The notes: generated by a model from the sequence alone, not told the origin. Positions 25,854 to 35,040 are shown, counted from the first letter of the stretch. The stretch: 64,000 nucleotides of DNA from Myxococcota bacterium (GCA_965223565.1 CBDCWV010000016.1:828518-892517); one strand, 5' to 3'. Made by a program: numbers and translations.

Positions 25854-27467
25854 CTAATCGACGTCACGACCGTAGTAGCGCTTCTTGTGCCGGGGATGGC
25901 GACGACTGCGCTTGATCGTGAACTCGTCGAGCACTTCGCCATTGACGTCGATGAAGCGGGACGTGAGCTGGCGCCGGCCAGCGTCGACGACGACGGATCC
26001 CTTGACGGCGATGCTGAAGTGGTGCGCGGGGTGCTGGAGCCAATCGGAACGCGTGCAGCCGAGCTGGGGCTCTTCTCCGGTCTCCGGGTCGATTGGACAC
26101 GGATCGAGCTCGTCGGCCTTGCCCGAGCTGCCCGCCACGGTGTAGACGACCTTGTCGTCATCGCCACTTCCCTTGCTCACCTGGAAGTACTTCTCGGAGC
26201 CCTGTCCCGTCGCTGGCTCGCCCGCGTCGTTGAGCTCGGCATGCTGCGCGGGATCGAACGTGTCGGAGAGTCCCTGGTGGCCGTTCAGGTAGTAGGAGCG
26301 CTCGTAGGAATGCGCGTGGCCTCCGTAGACGACATCGACACCGTAGTCCTCGAAGACCGGCGTGAACTGCTCTCGCATGTCGATCTCGCGCTGCTCCCAA
26401 TCGGAGTTGTGGTTCTCGCCTTTCGAGTAGGGCGGGTGGTGGAAGATCACGATCGTCCAATCCCGACGGTTGTGCGAGAGATCGGATACGAGCCAGCTTC
26501 GCATCGCCTCGCGTTGGTCGTCGTCGGCGTTCGAGAGCTGTGCGTCCAGGCTGACGAGATGCACGTTCCCGTAGTTCATCGAGTAGTACTGCTCGGTTCC
26601 GCTCGGAACTCCACCCTGACTCCCATCCCAGGGAAGGCTGAAGATCCCGAGGTATGGCAGACCGCTCCCGTCCGGACCGGGTACGGGCTCGCCCGAGCTG
26701 CAGTCCGCCGAACCGATATAGGAGAGGGGGTCGGAGGATCCACTCACACCCCCGATGAAGGTAAAGAAGGACCCGGGCGGCAGACCGACGAAGGCACTGA
26801 GGTCGAAGCAACCGCCTCCCATCTCGTGGTTGCCGATCGTCGGCCAGACGGCTGCCTTGTTCATGATGTTCGGGTAGATGTCGAAGAAGGCGCCCTGCCA
26901 CTGCTCGTCGGTCCCTTCGAGATAGGCATTGTCGCCGAGCAGGACGAAGAGGTCGACGGGCTCCTTGCCCTGGTTGTACGTCAGGAATCCCTGTTTCACC
27001 TCCTCCGCTTCACCGAGGTGTGTGAACTCGCCCGTGAAGGGGCTCTGCTCCGTCTGGGTTCCCGAATCGCCGACCAGCCAGATATGCGTGTTGCCGTCGC
27101 GTGGAGTCCGATTGAATCGCGGCGCCGTTCGAAACCGCTGCTCGGGATCGAACGCGTGAGGACCCGGATCGCCGAGGATATAGAAGTAGGTGCGATCTGG
27201 ACGGAGATGTCTCAGCCGGGCCTCCATATGGCCGAGCTCCGTCTCCGTCGCGTCGACGCAGACCGGCCACCAGCGGAGCTTCAGCAGCGCCGGCCACCGC
27301 GAATAACAAACTCGGTCGGCGTCGCCCCCGCGCCACTTCACGATCGCGCTATGCGCTCCGACCTGCTGCAGGAACAATCGTTCGGGCGGCTGCGAACCCG
27401 TCGCGATTCCTGCAAGCAAGAGCATCGAGGCACAGATGGCCGAAACGAGCGTTCTCGTCCAATTCAT
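25854..27467 (-). CDS. Purple-acid-phosphatase-like metallophosphoesterase (secreted)
   Basis: MNWTRTLVSAICASMLLLAGIATG is the signal peptide. An FN3-like N-domain follows. Metallophosphoesterase motifs are present: WLVGDSG, LLGDNAY, GNHE, VIFHHPPYS and GGHAHSYERS. Confidence 0.85.
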   Translation of the reverse strand: MNWTRTLVSAICASMLLLAGIATGSQPPERLFLQQVGAHSAIVKWRGGDADRVCYSRWPALLKLRWWPVCVDATETELGHMEARLRHLRPDRTYFYILGDPGPHAFDPEQRFRTAPRFNRTPRDGNTHIWLVGDSGTQTEQSPFTGEFTHLGEAEEVKQGFLTYNQGKEPVDLFVLLGDNAYLEGTDEQWQGAFFDIYPNIMNKAAVWPTIGNHEMGGGCFDLSAFVGLPPGSFFTFIGGVSGSSDPLSYIGSADCSSGEPVPGPDGSGLPYLGIFSLPWDGSQGGVPSGTEQYYSMNYGNVHLVSLDAQLSNADDDQREAMRSWLVSDLSHNRRDWTIVIFHHPPYSKGENHNSDWEQREIDMREQFTPVFEDYGVDVVYGGHAHSYERSYYLNGHQGLSDTFDPAQHAELNDAGEPATGQGSEKYFQVSKGSGDDDKVVYTVAGSSGKADELDPCPIDPETGEEPQLGCTRSDWLQHPAHHFSIAVKGSVVVDAGRRQLTSRFIDVNGEVLDEFTIKRSRRHPRHKKRYYGRDVD

Positions 27468-27718
27468 ATCGTCACCCCTCTGAATCGGTGATTCCGTAGC
27501 GCATCGCTTCCAACCACCGGGTCCGGAGTCGACGCCCAACCCGAGTTTCTCACCATCCCGCGTCGAATCGGACGTCAAAAGAAGCAGGATCGGAGGCGAT
27601 GGAGGGGATCCGCGTGGCGCTCCGCGCCTTCGGTGTAGCGACTTTCACCCGCCCGAACGCATCAGCGGTCGGGGTCGCCAGCCGTCCGCCGCCTGGTCTC
27701 GCGCACCCACGGAGCGGG

Positions 27719-28846
27719 CTAGACCTCGCCGAGCTCCCGCGCGAAGAACTCGAGATATGCCGCAGTCGCCTTCGACCGCGTTTCGTCGTCACGACCGATC
27801 ACGTAGCCATACCCGACGCAGTCGGCCATCGGCCCGCCACTCGCCAGCCGTTGTACCACGCGCTCCGCTCGTGTGTCGTCGGCGTCGCCCTGAACGATCG
27901 GGACCCCATCGATCGAGGAGTGGCCGCGTTCGTCGTAGCGAATCGTACAGCCCGCCACGAACGGCGAGTCCTCGAAGAGCTGCCGAGGTGTATCCGACTC
28001 CCAGGCGTGGCCGGCACCCTCGTAGATCCGTGCATCGACCGAGACGCCGAGCGCTCGGAGCTCCGCCTCTCGCTCGGCGCAGGCCTCGAGATCGTTCGAC
28101 CGGTCTTCCGTTCCGCGCAACGTGAGCAGAGGCGCGCCATTGACCCGCGTGGTCCCCCAGTCCTGGAAGCAGGGGCCATAGGAATCGACGAAGGCCGCAA
28201 AGCCCGGATGGTCCGGAGCGACGGCGGCGCGCACGCGTTCGTCCATCGCGATCCGCACGGCCATTCCGCCATAGGAAAAGCCCATGATGCCGATCCGTCG
28301 ACCATCGATCGCGGGATGGGTGGAGAGCAGACGTAGAGCGGCATAGGCGTCGGTCGCCGCGTCGAACTCGGTCACTGCGAGCACCTTCGACATGTACGGC
28401 GTATCGGGCGTCACGCCGCGCGGCCGGTAGTAGTCGATCACAAAGGCGGCGATGCCCTCGTTCGCGAGCGTTCGTGCCACGCGCATCTCACGCCCCGGCG
28501 TGATGCCGCCACTCCCATGGACCAGGACCACCGCCGGCACTGGCGACGCACTCGAAACGCCGTCCGGCAACACCAGGGTGCCGAGCCCGGTGGTCGGCAC
28601 GGGAAGGGGCTCCTTTCGAAGCAGGATGTCGAAGTCGTACGGCGACCACGTCGCAAAGTAGATCTCACCCGATCCGCCCGCCGAGAGGTCGACTCTCGGC
28701 GCCGGCCAGTCGGGGAAAGCCGGCAGGCTCGACTCCGCCAATCCCACCACTCCCCCGACCCAGTACCACGCGATCCCCGCTACGAGCGCGACACCCGCGA
28801 TCACGAGCAAGATCCTTCTCAGTAGACCGTTCGCGACTTTTGCCAT
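27719..28846 (-). CDS. Alpha/beta hydrolase (dienelactone-hydrolase-like), membrane-anchored
   Basis: The N-terminal TM segment is LLRRILLVIAGVALVAGIAWYWV. VVLVHGSGG and the nucleophile elbow GIMGFSYGG are present. Confidence 0.8.
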   Translation of the reverse strand: MAKVANGLLRRILLVIAGVALVAGIAWYWVGGVVGLAESSLPAFPDWPAPRVDLSAGGSGEIYFATWSPYDFDILLRKEPLPVPTTGLGTLVLPDGVSSASPVPAVVLVHGSGGITPGREMRVARTLANEGIAAFVIDYYRPRGVTPDTPYMSKVLAVTEFDAATDAYAALRLLSTHPAIDGRRIGIMGFSYGGMAVRIAMDERVRAAVAPDHPGFAAFVDSYGPCFQDWGTTRVNGAPLLTLRGTEDRSNDLEACAEREAELRALGVSVDARIYEGAGHAWESDTPRQLFEDSPFVAGCTIRYDERGHSSIDGVPIVQGDADDTRAERVVQRLASGGPMADCVGYGYVIGRDDETRSKATAAYLEFFARELGEV

Positions 28847-28917
28847 GCGCGAAACCTAGCCTAACCCGCGTCGGCACCGCGCGAGATGGCGTAGGCCCTC
28901 CCTGTCCATGCCTCCAT

Positions 28918-30192
28918 TCAGCCGCGAGTGCCGAACGCTTCCGTGGCGGCGTTTCGGCCATCTACCGCCCGCGCAGGCAACCGGATCGCAGCGACGAAGA
29001 TCGCCGCGGTGCTCGCGGCAGCCAGCCAATAGGGCGCGTGGGGGTGGAGCTGGTTGTAGGCAATGCCCGAGCCGATCATGCCGAGCGTGCGCGCGACGGT
29101 ACCCACCGAGGCGAAGAGTCCCATCACCTCGCCGCGATGGGCAGGGTCTGCGAGCCTCGACGCGAGGATGTGATTGGCGGCGATCACGAGCGCCGCGAAG
29201 ATCGCCATCACGCCGGAGACGCAAATCGCCGCGGGCAGACTCGCCAGATCGGCGGCGATCGTCATCCCGTAGGTGAGCGCCGCGAGCGGCAGCGCCGAGA
29301 CGAGGATGACTCGCGCCTCGCCGAACCGATTCGACAGCGGACCGATCAGCGCGGCCTGCGCCAGAACGAAACCGAGTCCGCCCGGCAGAATCAGGATCCA
29401 CATGTCCTCGGCTCCCTCGAGCAGGCCGAAGTCCGCCGCCCAAAGCGGAAGGATCGTCTCGTAGAAGCCGCTCGCGATGCCGCTCAGGGCGTGGCAGACC
29501 ATCACGAGCAGGAGGAGGGGGCTCAGGCGTCGAATTCGCTCGGCGAACCCGCCGACATGCTTGCCCTCGTGCTTCCCTCTCGCAGCGCTCCGCGGGTGAC
29601 TCTCCGGTAGGAAGAGCATGATCGCCAGGAAGGCGAGCAGCGTCATGGCCGCAGCGACCGCGATCGGTCGAACGAAGTCCGTTCCGCTCGCGCCCTGACT
29701 GAGCAGGCTGCCGAGCACGGGACCGACCACGAACCCCAGCCCGAAGAGCGCGCCGCCGAGTCCCATGTACTTCGCGCGCTCGGACTCCGGCGTGACGTCG
29801 ATCAAGTAGGCGGTACAGGCGGCAGCATTGCCCGCGACGACGCCACCTGCGAGGCGGGCGACGATCAACATCCAAACGCTCGTGGCGCTCGCCAAGGCGC
29901 CATAACACACCACCACGCCAATGAGCCCGCCACAGATCACGGGCTTGCGACCGAACCGGTCGCTCAGGCGTCCGAAGATCGGCATGCTCAGGAAGAGCCC
30001 GCCGGTGTAGACAGCCATGGTGAGCGTGATCAGCTCGGGGCCAGCGCCGAGGCTGCGGGCAAAGAACGGAAGCGTGGGGAGCAGGATCCCGAAGCCGAGC
30101 GCGTCCATCAGACTCGCGAAGAGCACGAGCGAGATGGAGAAGATCGGCACGCGCCCTTCGAGCGTCGAAGGCGCGAGATTCGATGGCGGCAT
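28918..30192 (-). CDS. MFS transporter
   Basis: ORF 28918..30192 has about 12 hydrophobic segments. The MFS signature-like GRLSDRFGRKPV lies after TM2. Confidence 0.9.
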   Translation of the reverse strand: MPPSNLAPSTLEGRVPIFSISLVLFASLMDALGFGILLPTLPFFARSLGAGPELITLTMAVYTGGLFLSMPIFGRLSDRFGRKPVICGGLIGVVVCYGALASATSVWMLIVARLAGGVVAGNAAACTAYLIDVTPESERAKYMGLGGALFGLGFVVGPVLGSLLSQGASGTDFVRPIAVAAAMTLLAFLAIMLFLPESHPRSAARGKHEGKHVGGFAERIRRLSPLLLLVMVCHALSGIASGFYETILPLWAADFGLLEGAEDMWILILPGGLGFVLAQAALIGPLSNRFGEARVILVSALPLAALTYGMTIAADLASLPAAICVSGVMAIFAALVIAANHILASRLADPAHRGEVMGLFASVGTVARTLGMIGSGIAYNQLHPHAPYWLAAASTAAIFVAAIRLPARAVDGRNAATEAFGTRG

Positions 30193-30405
30193 AGAGGGTC
30201 CTCTCGAGGGAACGTCGTCAGTGACTCACCCTGATCGGCGCGGTGCGAGTCTATCCACAGCCTAGGGGCGATCGCCCGCCTTCGGGCTGAGCTCAAACGA
30301 CGATTTAGAAGATGCGCGCAGATCCATCGCGGTCGCAACGCCTGGCCGAAGATCACTCGTCTGAAGCGGCCTCCGGGGCCGGCTGGTGATCGGCGATTCC
30401 CGCGC

Positions 30406-32022
30406 CTACTCTTCCCCGATCTCGACCTCGTCTGCCTCACCGAGCGTCGCCAGATCCACCGCATCCCGATCCTCGGCCTTCACGAGATCACCGAGCATGA
30501 CGTCTCCGGGGTTGCGAAAGAACTGATCCTCGGAGCGCGGCGTGCCCGTCGCATCGAGGTAGAGGGTCCCGCCATCGAGCGGAATCACGAGCCCGAGAAT
30601 CTCGAGCCTCGGCACGAGCGGATCCAGATCCGTCACGGGCCCCTGAATCATTACGTCGTCCTCGCCCGCCGTCGCGTCGTTGCGCTCGATCGATCGCGCG
30701 CGAATCGTCGCGCCACCTTCGTCGACGCCCCGAATCTCCAGGTAATCGCCGGGCTGGATCTCCTCGAACCTGAAGCTCTCGTCCTCCTGGGAGCTGTCGT
30801 CTTCGATGCGCGTATCGCCGTTCGCGGCGACCGTGAGGCCCAGAATCACGAGTGTCCGCGCGCCGGCATCGACGCTGGTGACGGCTCCCTCGAGACGTAC
30901 GTTTCGGACCGAGGGCTCCTCCTCTTCCTCGGACCGGATTCGTTCGGCCTCGAGTGTTCCGCCGACGAGCGGTCCTTCGATCTCCAACCGATCTCCGACC
31001 ATGGGCGTGAAGCCGATCGGTTGGATCATTGCCATCGAGGCATCGATCGGGATCCCGTTCACGCAGAAGTCCGGCGTTTCCGCACAAGCGTTCGCGATGC
31101 CCTCGACCTCGACGCGCGCACGATCGCCGTCGCCGAGTCCTTCGCTCTCGAGCTCGATCCTCGTCGCGTCGACCTCGTTGCCGGTGACGCGAAGGACGCC
31201 GTCGATGTCGACCCGTTCGCCGTTCGCGAGCGCCTCGCGCGTCACGCCCTCGAAGGTCGTCGACGCGACGTAGCGCACGACGATCGGACCGAGGTCGAAC
31301 GTTCCCGTCCCGTCGGAGTTGGCGAGGTGATTCGTCACGATACCCGCGATCTCGATCTCGTCGTCGCCTGGGAAGACGCCACGAAGGGCCACGCGGGTCG
31401 CCTGCACGCCGCCGCTACCGTCCGGGAAGCCGGAGACCTCGAGCACGTCGTCGGCAGCGAGGCCAGCGAAGCTCGCGCCGCCGTCGTAGACCGTCTCGGC
31501 TACATCGACGGTCACAGTCTGACCCAGGATCGTAAAGATCTTGACCGACCCGGGAACCGTCACGACCGGCGCAGCATCGATGGGGCCTTCGATCACGTCT
31601 TCGAAGCGCACCCGAATCGCTGTGCCAAACGCGTTACCCGCTGTGAAGTCGCCTTCGACCTCGACGACCATGCCGACCCGAAGATCGTTCTCGCTCGCAG
31701 GCTGGTCGTCGATCTCGATCGTGGCACCGGACACGTCCCACTCGGTCGCGTTCACGAAGATGCTGCCGAAGGCGGTGATCACGCCCTGACTGATGCCAGT
31801 CCCGCTCATGCCGCCATTGTCGGCGAAGCCGTCCCCACCACCGCCGCCGTCGGTGCAACCGAAGGACGACGCAGCCACGAGGCCCGCGAGGGTCGCACCT
31901 ACCCGACGAAGCGCCCGCGAGCGGAGCACGTGAAGGCCACCCCATGCAGGGATCCTGAACGCTCTGAGGTCGATGGTCGAATTCCGCGTCGCCCGGGTCG
32001 ATCGATCAATCGTCGCCATCAC
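30406..32022 (-). CDS. DUF5666-repeat lipoprotein (paralogue B)
   Basis: The lipobox is LAGLVAASSFGC, followed by a Gly-rich linker and then GVITAFGSIFVNATEWDVSGATIEIDDQPASENDLRVGMVVEVEGDF. Further units of the type ...LEVSG/VDIDG/LEIEG/LEIRG follow. An alternative GTG start at 31929 would give a normal-length signal peptide. Confidence 0.75.
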   Translation of the reverse strand: MMATIDRSTRATRNSTIDLRAFRIPAWGGLHVLRSRALRRVGATLAGLVAASSFGCTDGGGGGDGFADNGGMSGTGISQGVITAFGSIFVNATEWDVSGATIEIDDQPASENDLRVGMVVEVEGDFTAGNAFGTAIRVRFEDVIEGPIDAAPVVTVPGSVKIFTILGQTVTVDVAETVYDGGASFAGLAADDVLEVSGFPDGSGGVQATRVALRGVFPGDDEIEIAGIVTNHLANSDGTGTFDLGPIVVRYVASTTFEGVTREALANGERVDIDGVLRVTGNEVDATRIELESEGLGDGDRARVEVEGIANACAETPDFCVNGIPIDASMAMIQPIGFTPMVGDRLEIEGPLVGGTLEAERIRSEEEEEPSVRNVRLEGAVTSVDAGARTLVILGLTVAANGDTRIEDDSSQEDESFRFEEIQPGDYLEIRGVDEGGATIRARSIERNDATAGEDDVMIQGPVTDLDPLVPRLEILGLVIPLDGGTLYLDATGTPRSEDQFFRNPGDVMLGDLVKAEDRDAVDLATLGEADEVEIGEE

Positions 32023-32350
32023 GCGCCGCCTCGAAGTAGTGGATACCGATCATCGCGCACGAGCGGCACTCAACGCCCACCTCGCATGCATCGGGACGCG
32101 TATATGCATCCTGCGCCGACATCTCGGCGTTGAGGTCTTCGAGCAGCGCCTGGCCGCGCTCCGAGAGCCGCTCGCGAGCCTGCGTGACCAATTCCGTCGA
32201 GCCCGGTCCCCTCTCCGACTCGAAGGTCAGCGATGCCGGCGCGCCGCGACCGTCGTGATAGGTCCGGTCCTCGACCCAGACAGTCACGACGCGGGCCGCA
32301 CGATCGACGTGTCTGCGAAGCCGCGATCCCAGGTCGCGGTCCGGAAGCAT
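32006..32350 (-). CDS. Small hypothetical protein (114 aa) with a C-x5-C-x2-C motif, between the two DUF5666 genes
   Basis: ORF 32006..32350. My hand translation shows predominantly G/C at third codon positions, like the neighbouring real genes. The sequence ends ...DACEVGVECRSCAMIGIHYFEAARDGDD. No family was recognised. Confidence 0.45.
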   Translation of the reverse strand: MLPDRDLGSRLRRHVDRAARVVTVWVEDRTYHDGRGAPASLTFESERGPGSTELVTQARERLSERGQALLEDLNAEMSAQDAYTRPDACEVGVECRSCAMIGIHYFEAARDGDD

Positions 32351-32386
32351 GAGGCCCGGTACGGCATCCTCCGGACATCCTACGCG

Positions 32387-33946
32387 TTACGCCGTCGCGT
32401 CCTCCCCATCGTCGTCGGAGTCGTCGCGATCATCTCCATCGTCGTCGCGATCGTCCCGGTCGCGTTCACCGTCGTCACCATCGTGATCTTCGAGCTCGGG
32501 CTCCTCGATCTCGACCTCGTCGGCAACGTCGAAGTCCGTCTCGTCGCCGTCCTCCTTGTCCTTCGCCTGAACGATCAGGCCCGATTCGACCCGGTCGTAG
32601 AACTCGGACTCGCTGATCCGCCCCCGATCTTCGATCTCGAATTCGGTCGCCGAATCCGTCGGAATCTCGACACCCAGGATCGTGAATACGCGGTTCGGCT
32701 CGTCGACCATGTCGACCGGTCCCCGCAGCCGCAGATCGTCGTGGCGTTCTCGCTCGAAGCGGGTCGCCACGACGCGACCATCGGAGCGCGCCAGACCGCG
32801 AACTTCGAGGAAATCGCCCGCTCGAACGTCGGAAAGGTCGAAGCCGTCTTCGCGGTCGCGTTTGTCGCGAATCCGCGTCGCGGCGTCCAGGTCGATCGGG
32901 ATGTCGAGCAGATAGATGCGCTGATTCTCGACGTCCACGTCCTCGTCGGAGGCGACCTCGGCATGGATCCGCACACGATTCGATCGGAACTTGACCTTCT
33001 CTGCGATCAGGACGCCTTGCGCGTCGATGCGTCCCTCGACCTCGACACGGACCCCGTCGCGCAGCAGATCCGGATCGTTCGGAAGGAAGCGCGCCCGACG
33101 CGCGTCGACGGGGCGCCCCGCCACACGAAAATCGCCGACGGACACGAAATTCGTCACGATTCCCTGGATCTCGGTCTCTCGGAATCGACCGTCACCATCC
33201 CGGCGTCGCGGCGACTCGATCTCCGTGGCGTCGACGGCGTCGTTCGCGCGCAGGATGCCCTCGACGCGCACCTCGATTCCGTCTCGTAGCCCCTCCGCTC
33301 CGAAATCGTCGATTTCGGTCGATTCGTCGAAACGGACCTCGCTCGTACCGAGCACGAAGCTTCCCCCCGCCAGGCCCGACACGACGCCGAAGAGCTTCAC
33401 CTCGGATTGATTCACGAAGGGACCGCTTCGCAGTCGAAGGTGGGTCGTCTCGACTTCGCCCATTTCGTTCACCAGACCGCTCAGCTCGACCATCGTGTCG
33501 ACGGCCAGAGCGTCGAAGTCCGTTCCCCTGAAACGCGTCTCGGCACGGGACACCAGGGCGCGGATGCCGAAGATCTCGAGCGCGCGGGAATCGGGTCCGA
33601 GATCTTCGATCGACCGAACCGGTCCCCGCAGTCGGGATTCGAAGATGACGCGATCGGCGCGCGCCGAGCCGTCGCGGCGGCGGCTTCCCTCGACGCGCAC
33701 GACCATTCCGACGCGCAGGTCATCCTGGCTGCCGCGTCGACCGTCGATCTCGAATTCCGCCGCGTCCGTGTTCCATCGAACGCCGTTCATGATCACGCTG
33801 CCAAAGCCGGCGATCGGCCCTTCCGAGGCCGCGGAGATCGAGCCACCCGATTCGCCGCCACCACCACCAGAGCAGCCGACCAACAAGCCGATTCCAAAGA
33901 TCAATCCGATCCAGGCGCCCCGCGCCCGTCGTCCTCGCTCCCGCAT
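32387..33946 (-). CDS. DUF5666-repeat lipoprotein (paralogue A) with a poly-acidic C-terminal tail
   Basis: The ATG (complement of 33944-33946) has a strong SD (GGAGGAGG). MRERGRRARGAWIGLIFGIGLLVGC is the lipobox. GPIAGFGSVIMNGVRWNTDAAEFEIDGRRGSQDDLRVGMVVRVEG follows. The tail is EEPELEDHDGDDGERDRDDRDDDGDDRDDSDDDGEDATA. Confidence 0.75.
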   Translation of the reverse strand: MRERGRRARGAWIGLIFGIGLLVGCSGGGGGESGGSISAASEGPIAGFGSVIMNGVRWNTDAAEFEIDGRRGSQDDLRVGMVVRVEGSRRRDGSARADRVIFESRLRGPVRSIEDLGPDSRALEIFGIRALVSRAETRFRGTDFDALAVDTMVELSGLVNEMGEVETTHLRLRSGPFVNQSEVKLFGVVSGLAGGSFVLGTSEVRFDESTEIDDFGAEGLRDGIEVRVEGILRANDAVDATEIESPRRRDGDGRFRETEIQGIVTNFVSVGDFRVAGRPVDARRARFLPNDPDLLRDGVRVEVEGRIDAQGVLIAEKVKFRSNRVRIHAEVASDEDVDVENQRIYLLDIPIDLDAATRIRDKRDREDGFDLSDVRAGDFLEVRGLARSDGRVVATRFERERHDDLRLRGPVDMVDEPNRVFTILGVEIPTDSATEFEIEDRGRISESEFYDRVESGLIVQAKDKEDGDETDFDVADEVEIEEPELEDHDGDDGERDRDDRDDDGDDRDDSDDDGEDATA

Positions 33947-34034
33947 TTCCTCGCCTCCTCCGGCACGATCCGCACCCGGTATGCCCTTGCGCGACGCGCG
34001 AGCCCCTCGCCCACGAAGCGCCATCGAGACCCCG

Positions 34035-34063
34035 ATTCTACATAATTGGGAAAAAAATCCCAA
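34035..34063 (-). promoter_or_regulatory. Sigma70-like promoter for the DUF5666 operon inside a sharply AT-rich island
   Basis: The minus strand reads TTGGGA (34063-34058), a 17-nt spacer, then TAGAAT (34040-34035), preceded by an A-tract (34071-34066). This lies about 90 nt upstream of the ATG at 33946. The same bases form the hairpin AATTGGGA/TCCCAATT (34044-34065). Confidence 0.45.
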
Positions 34064-34215
34064 TTTTTTTTGGCTGGGAGCCGCCCATTCTTCCATACCA
34101 GGGCCAGCGGACGCCCTCGAGCTGGCGCCGCTCGGCCGCGTGACGACGCCTGCAGCCGGGACGCGGAGGGCCCGCGACCCGCGGCTCTACGCGCGGGATC
34201 GGCGCCGCCGGGCGC

Positions 34216-35040
34216 TCAGCGCGGGCGATCTCCGGCGATCGTGACCCGGTGCATGATGCGACGCTCGCTGAAGTCTGCGACGCCGCAGTGCTGGGTGCAT
34301 CGATTGTCCCAGAAGACGATGCTGTCCATCGTCCAGCTGATCCGGCACTGGAACTCCGGCTTGCGTACGTGGGCCAGGAGGAAGGGCAGCAGCAGATCGT
34401 TCTCCTCGGGCGAGAGATCGACCAGACGACAACCGGTCGTCGGCGTCAGAAAGAGCGCCTTGCGGCCGCTCACGGGATGGGTCCGCACGACCGGATGCTC
34501 GATCGGCGGCCACTGGGCGGCGAGCTCGTCGAAGCCTTCGGGACTGATGCCGCGATCGACCGAGATCCGTAGCTGCCCCGTGAGATCGTGCTCGGCCTTC
34601 ATCCCGTCGAGCATCTGCCTGAGCGTCGGCGAAAGCGCCTCGTAGGCCTCGTACATGTTGGCGAAGCAGGTATCACCGCCCGTCGACGGCAGCTGAATCG
34701 GACGCAGTACCGCACCCAGCGGCGGCTCGGGCATGAAGGTCGCGTCGTAGTGCCAGCGGTCGGCCCCGGCACCCTTTGGCGTCGTCGTATCGAGCAGCAT
34801 GATCTCGGGATGCTCCGGCGGAAAAGCGGACATCGCCGGGCAGTAGACCTCACCGAAACAACGTCCGAAGCCGAGATGTTCCTCGGGCGTGAGTCCCTCC
34901 TGACCGCGGAATACCAGCACCAGATGGTCGAGCAGAGCCTGCTCGATCTCTTCGAGGATCGCCTTCGGGAGGTCCGGCCCGAGACGAACGCCGTGCACCT
35001 CCGCACCGATCACGGGATTGAGGGGACGGATCGAGAGCAC
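34216..35040 (-). CDS. TauD/TfdA-family Fe(II)/2-oxoglutarate dioxygenase
   Basis: (M)LSIRPLNPVIGAEVHGVRLG..., WHYDATF (HxD facial triad), GGDTCFANMYEAYEAL and NRCTQHCGV. The start is a GTG at 35040. Confidence 0.9.
   Translation of the reverse strand: MLSIRPLNPVIGAEVHGVRLGPDLPKAILEEIEQALLDHLVLVFRGQEGLTPEEHLGFGRCFGEVYCPAMSAFPPEHPEIMLLDTTTPKGAGADRWHYDATFMPEPPLGAVLRPIQLPSTGGDTCFANMYEAYEALSPTLRQMLDGMKAEHDLTGQLRISVDRGISPEGFDELAAQWPPIEHPVVRTHPVSGRKALFLTPTTGCRLVDLSPEENDLLLPFLLAHVRKPEFQCRISWTMDSIVFWDNRCTQHCGVADFSERRIMHRVTIAGDRPR

Noticed and set aside
32390-32530. Degenerate tandem DNA repeats as a possible VNTR, CRISPR-like or non-coding repeat
   Set aside because: They are in frame and encode the Asp/Glu-rich C-terminal tail of the DUF5666 lipoprotein. 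They lack the spacer-repeat regularity of a CRISPR array.
25683-33289. + strand ORFs 25683..27491, 31021..32133 and 31973..33289, and minus-strand ORF 28856..29908
   Set aside because: They are shadows of the phosphoesterase, DUF5666 and MFS genes. Their composition is low-complexity and they have no independent start signals.
34044-34071. Reading the AT-rich hairpin plus T-tract as a rho-independent terminator on the + strand
   Set aside because: No + strand gene lies upstream for ~10 kb. On the minus strand, where the tauD-like gene ends at 34216, no U-tract follows the hairpin. A promoter reading (TTGGGA-N17-TAGAAT on the minus strand) fits the gene context better. Term-seq would settle it.
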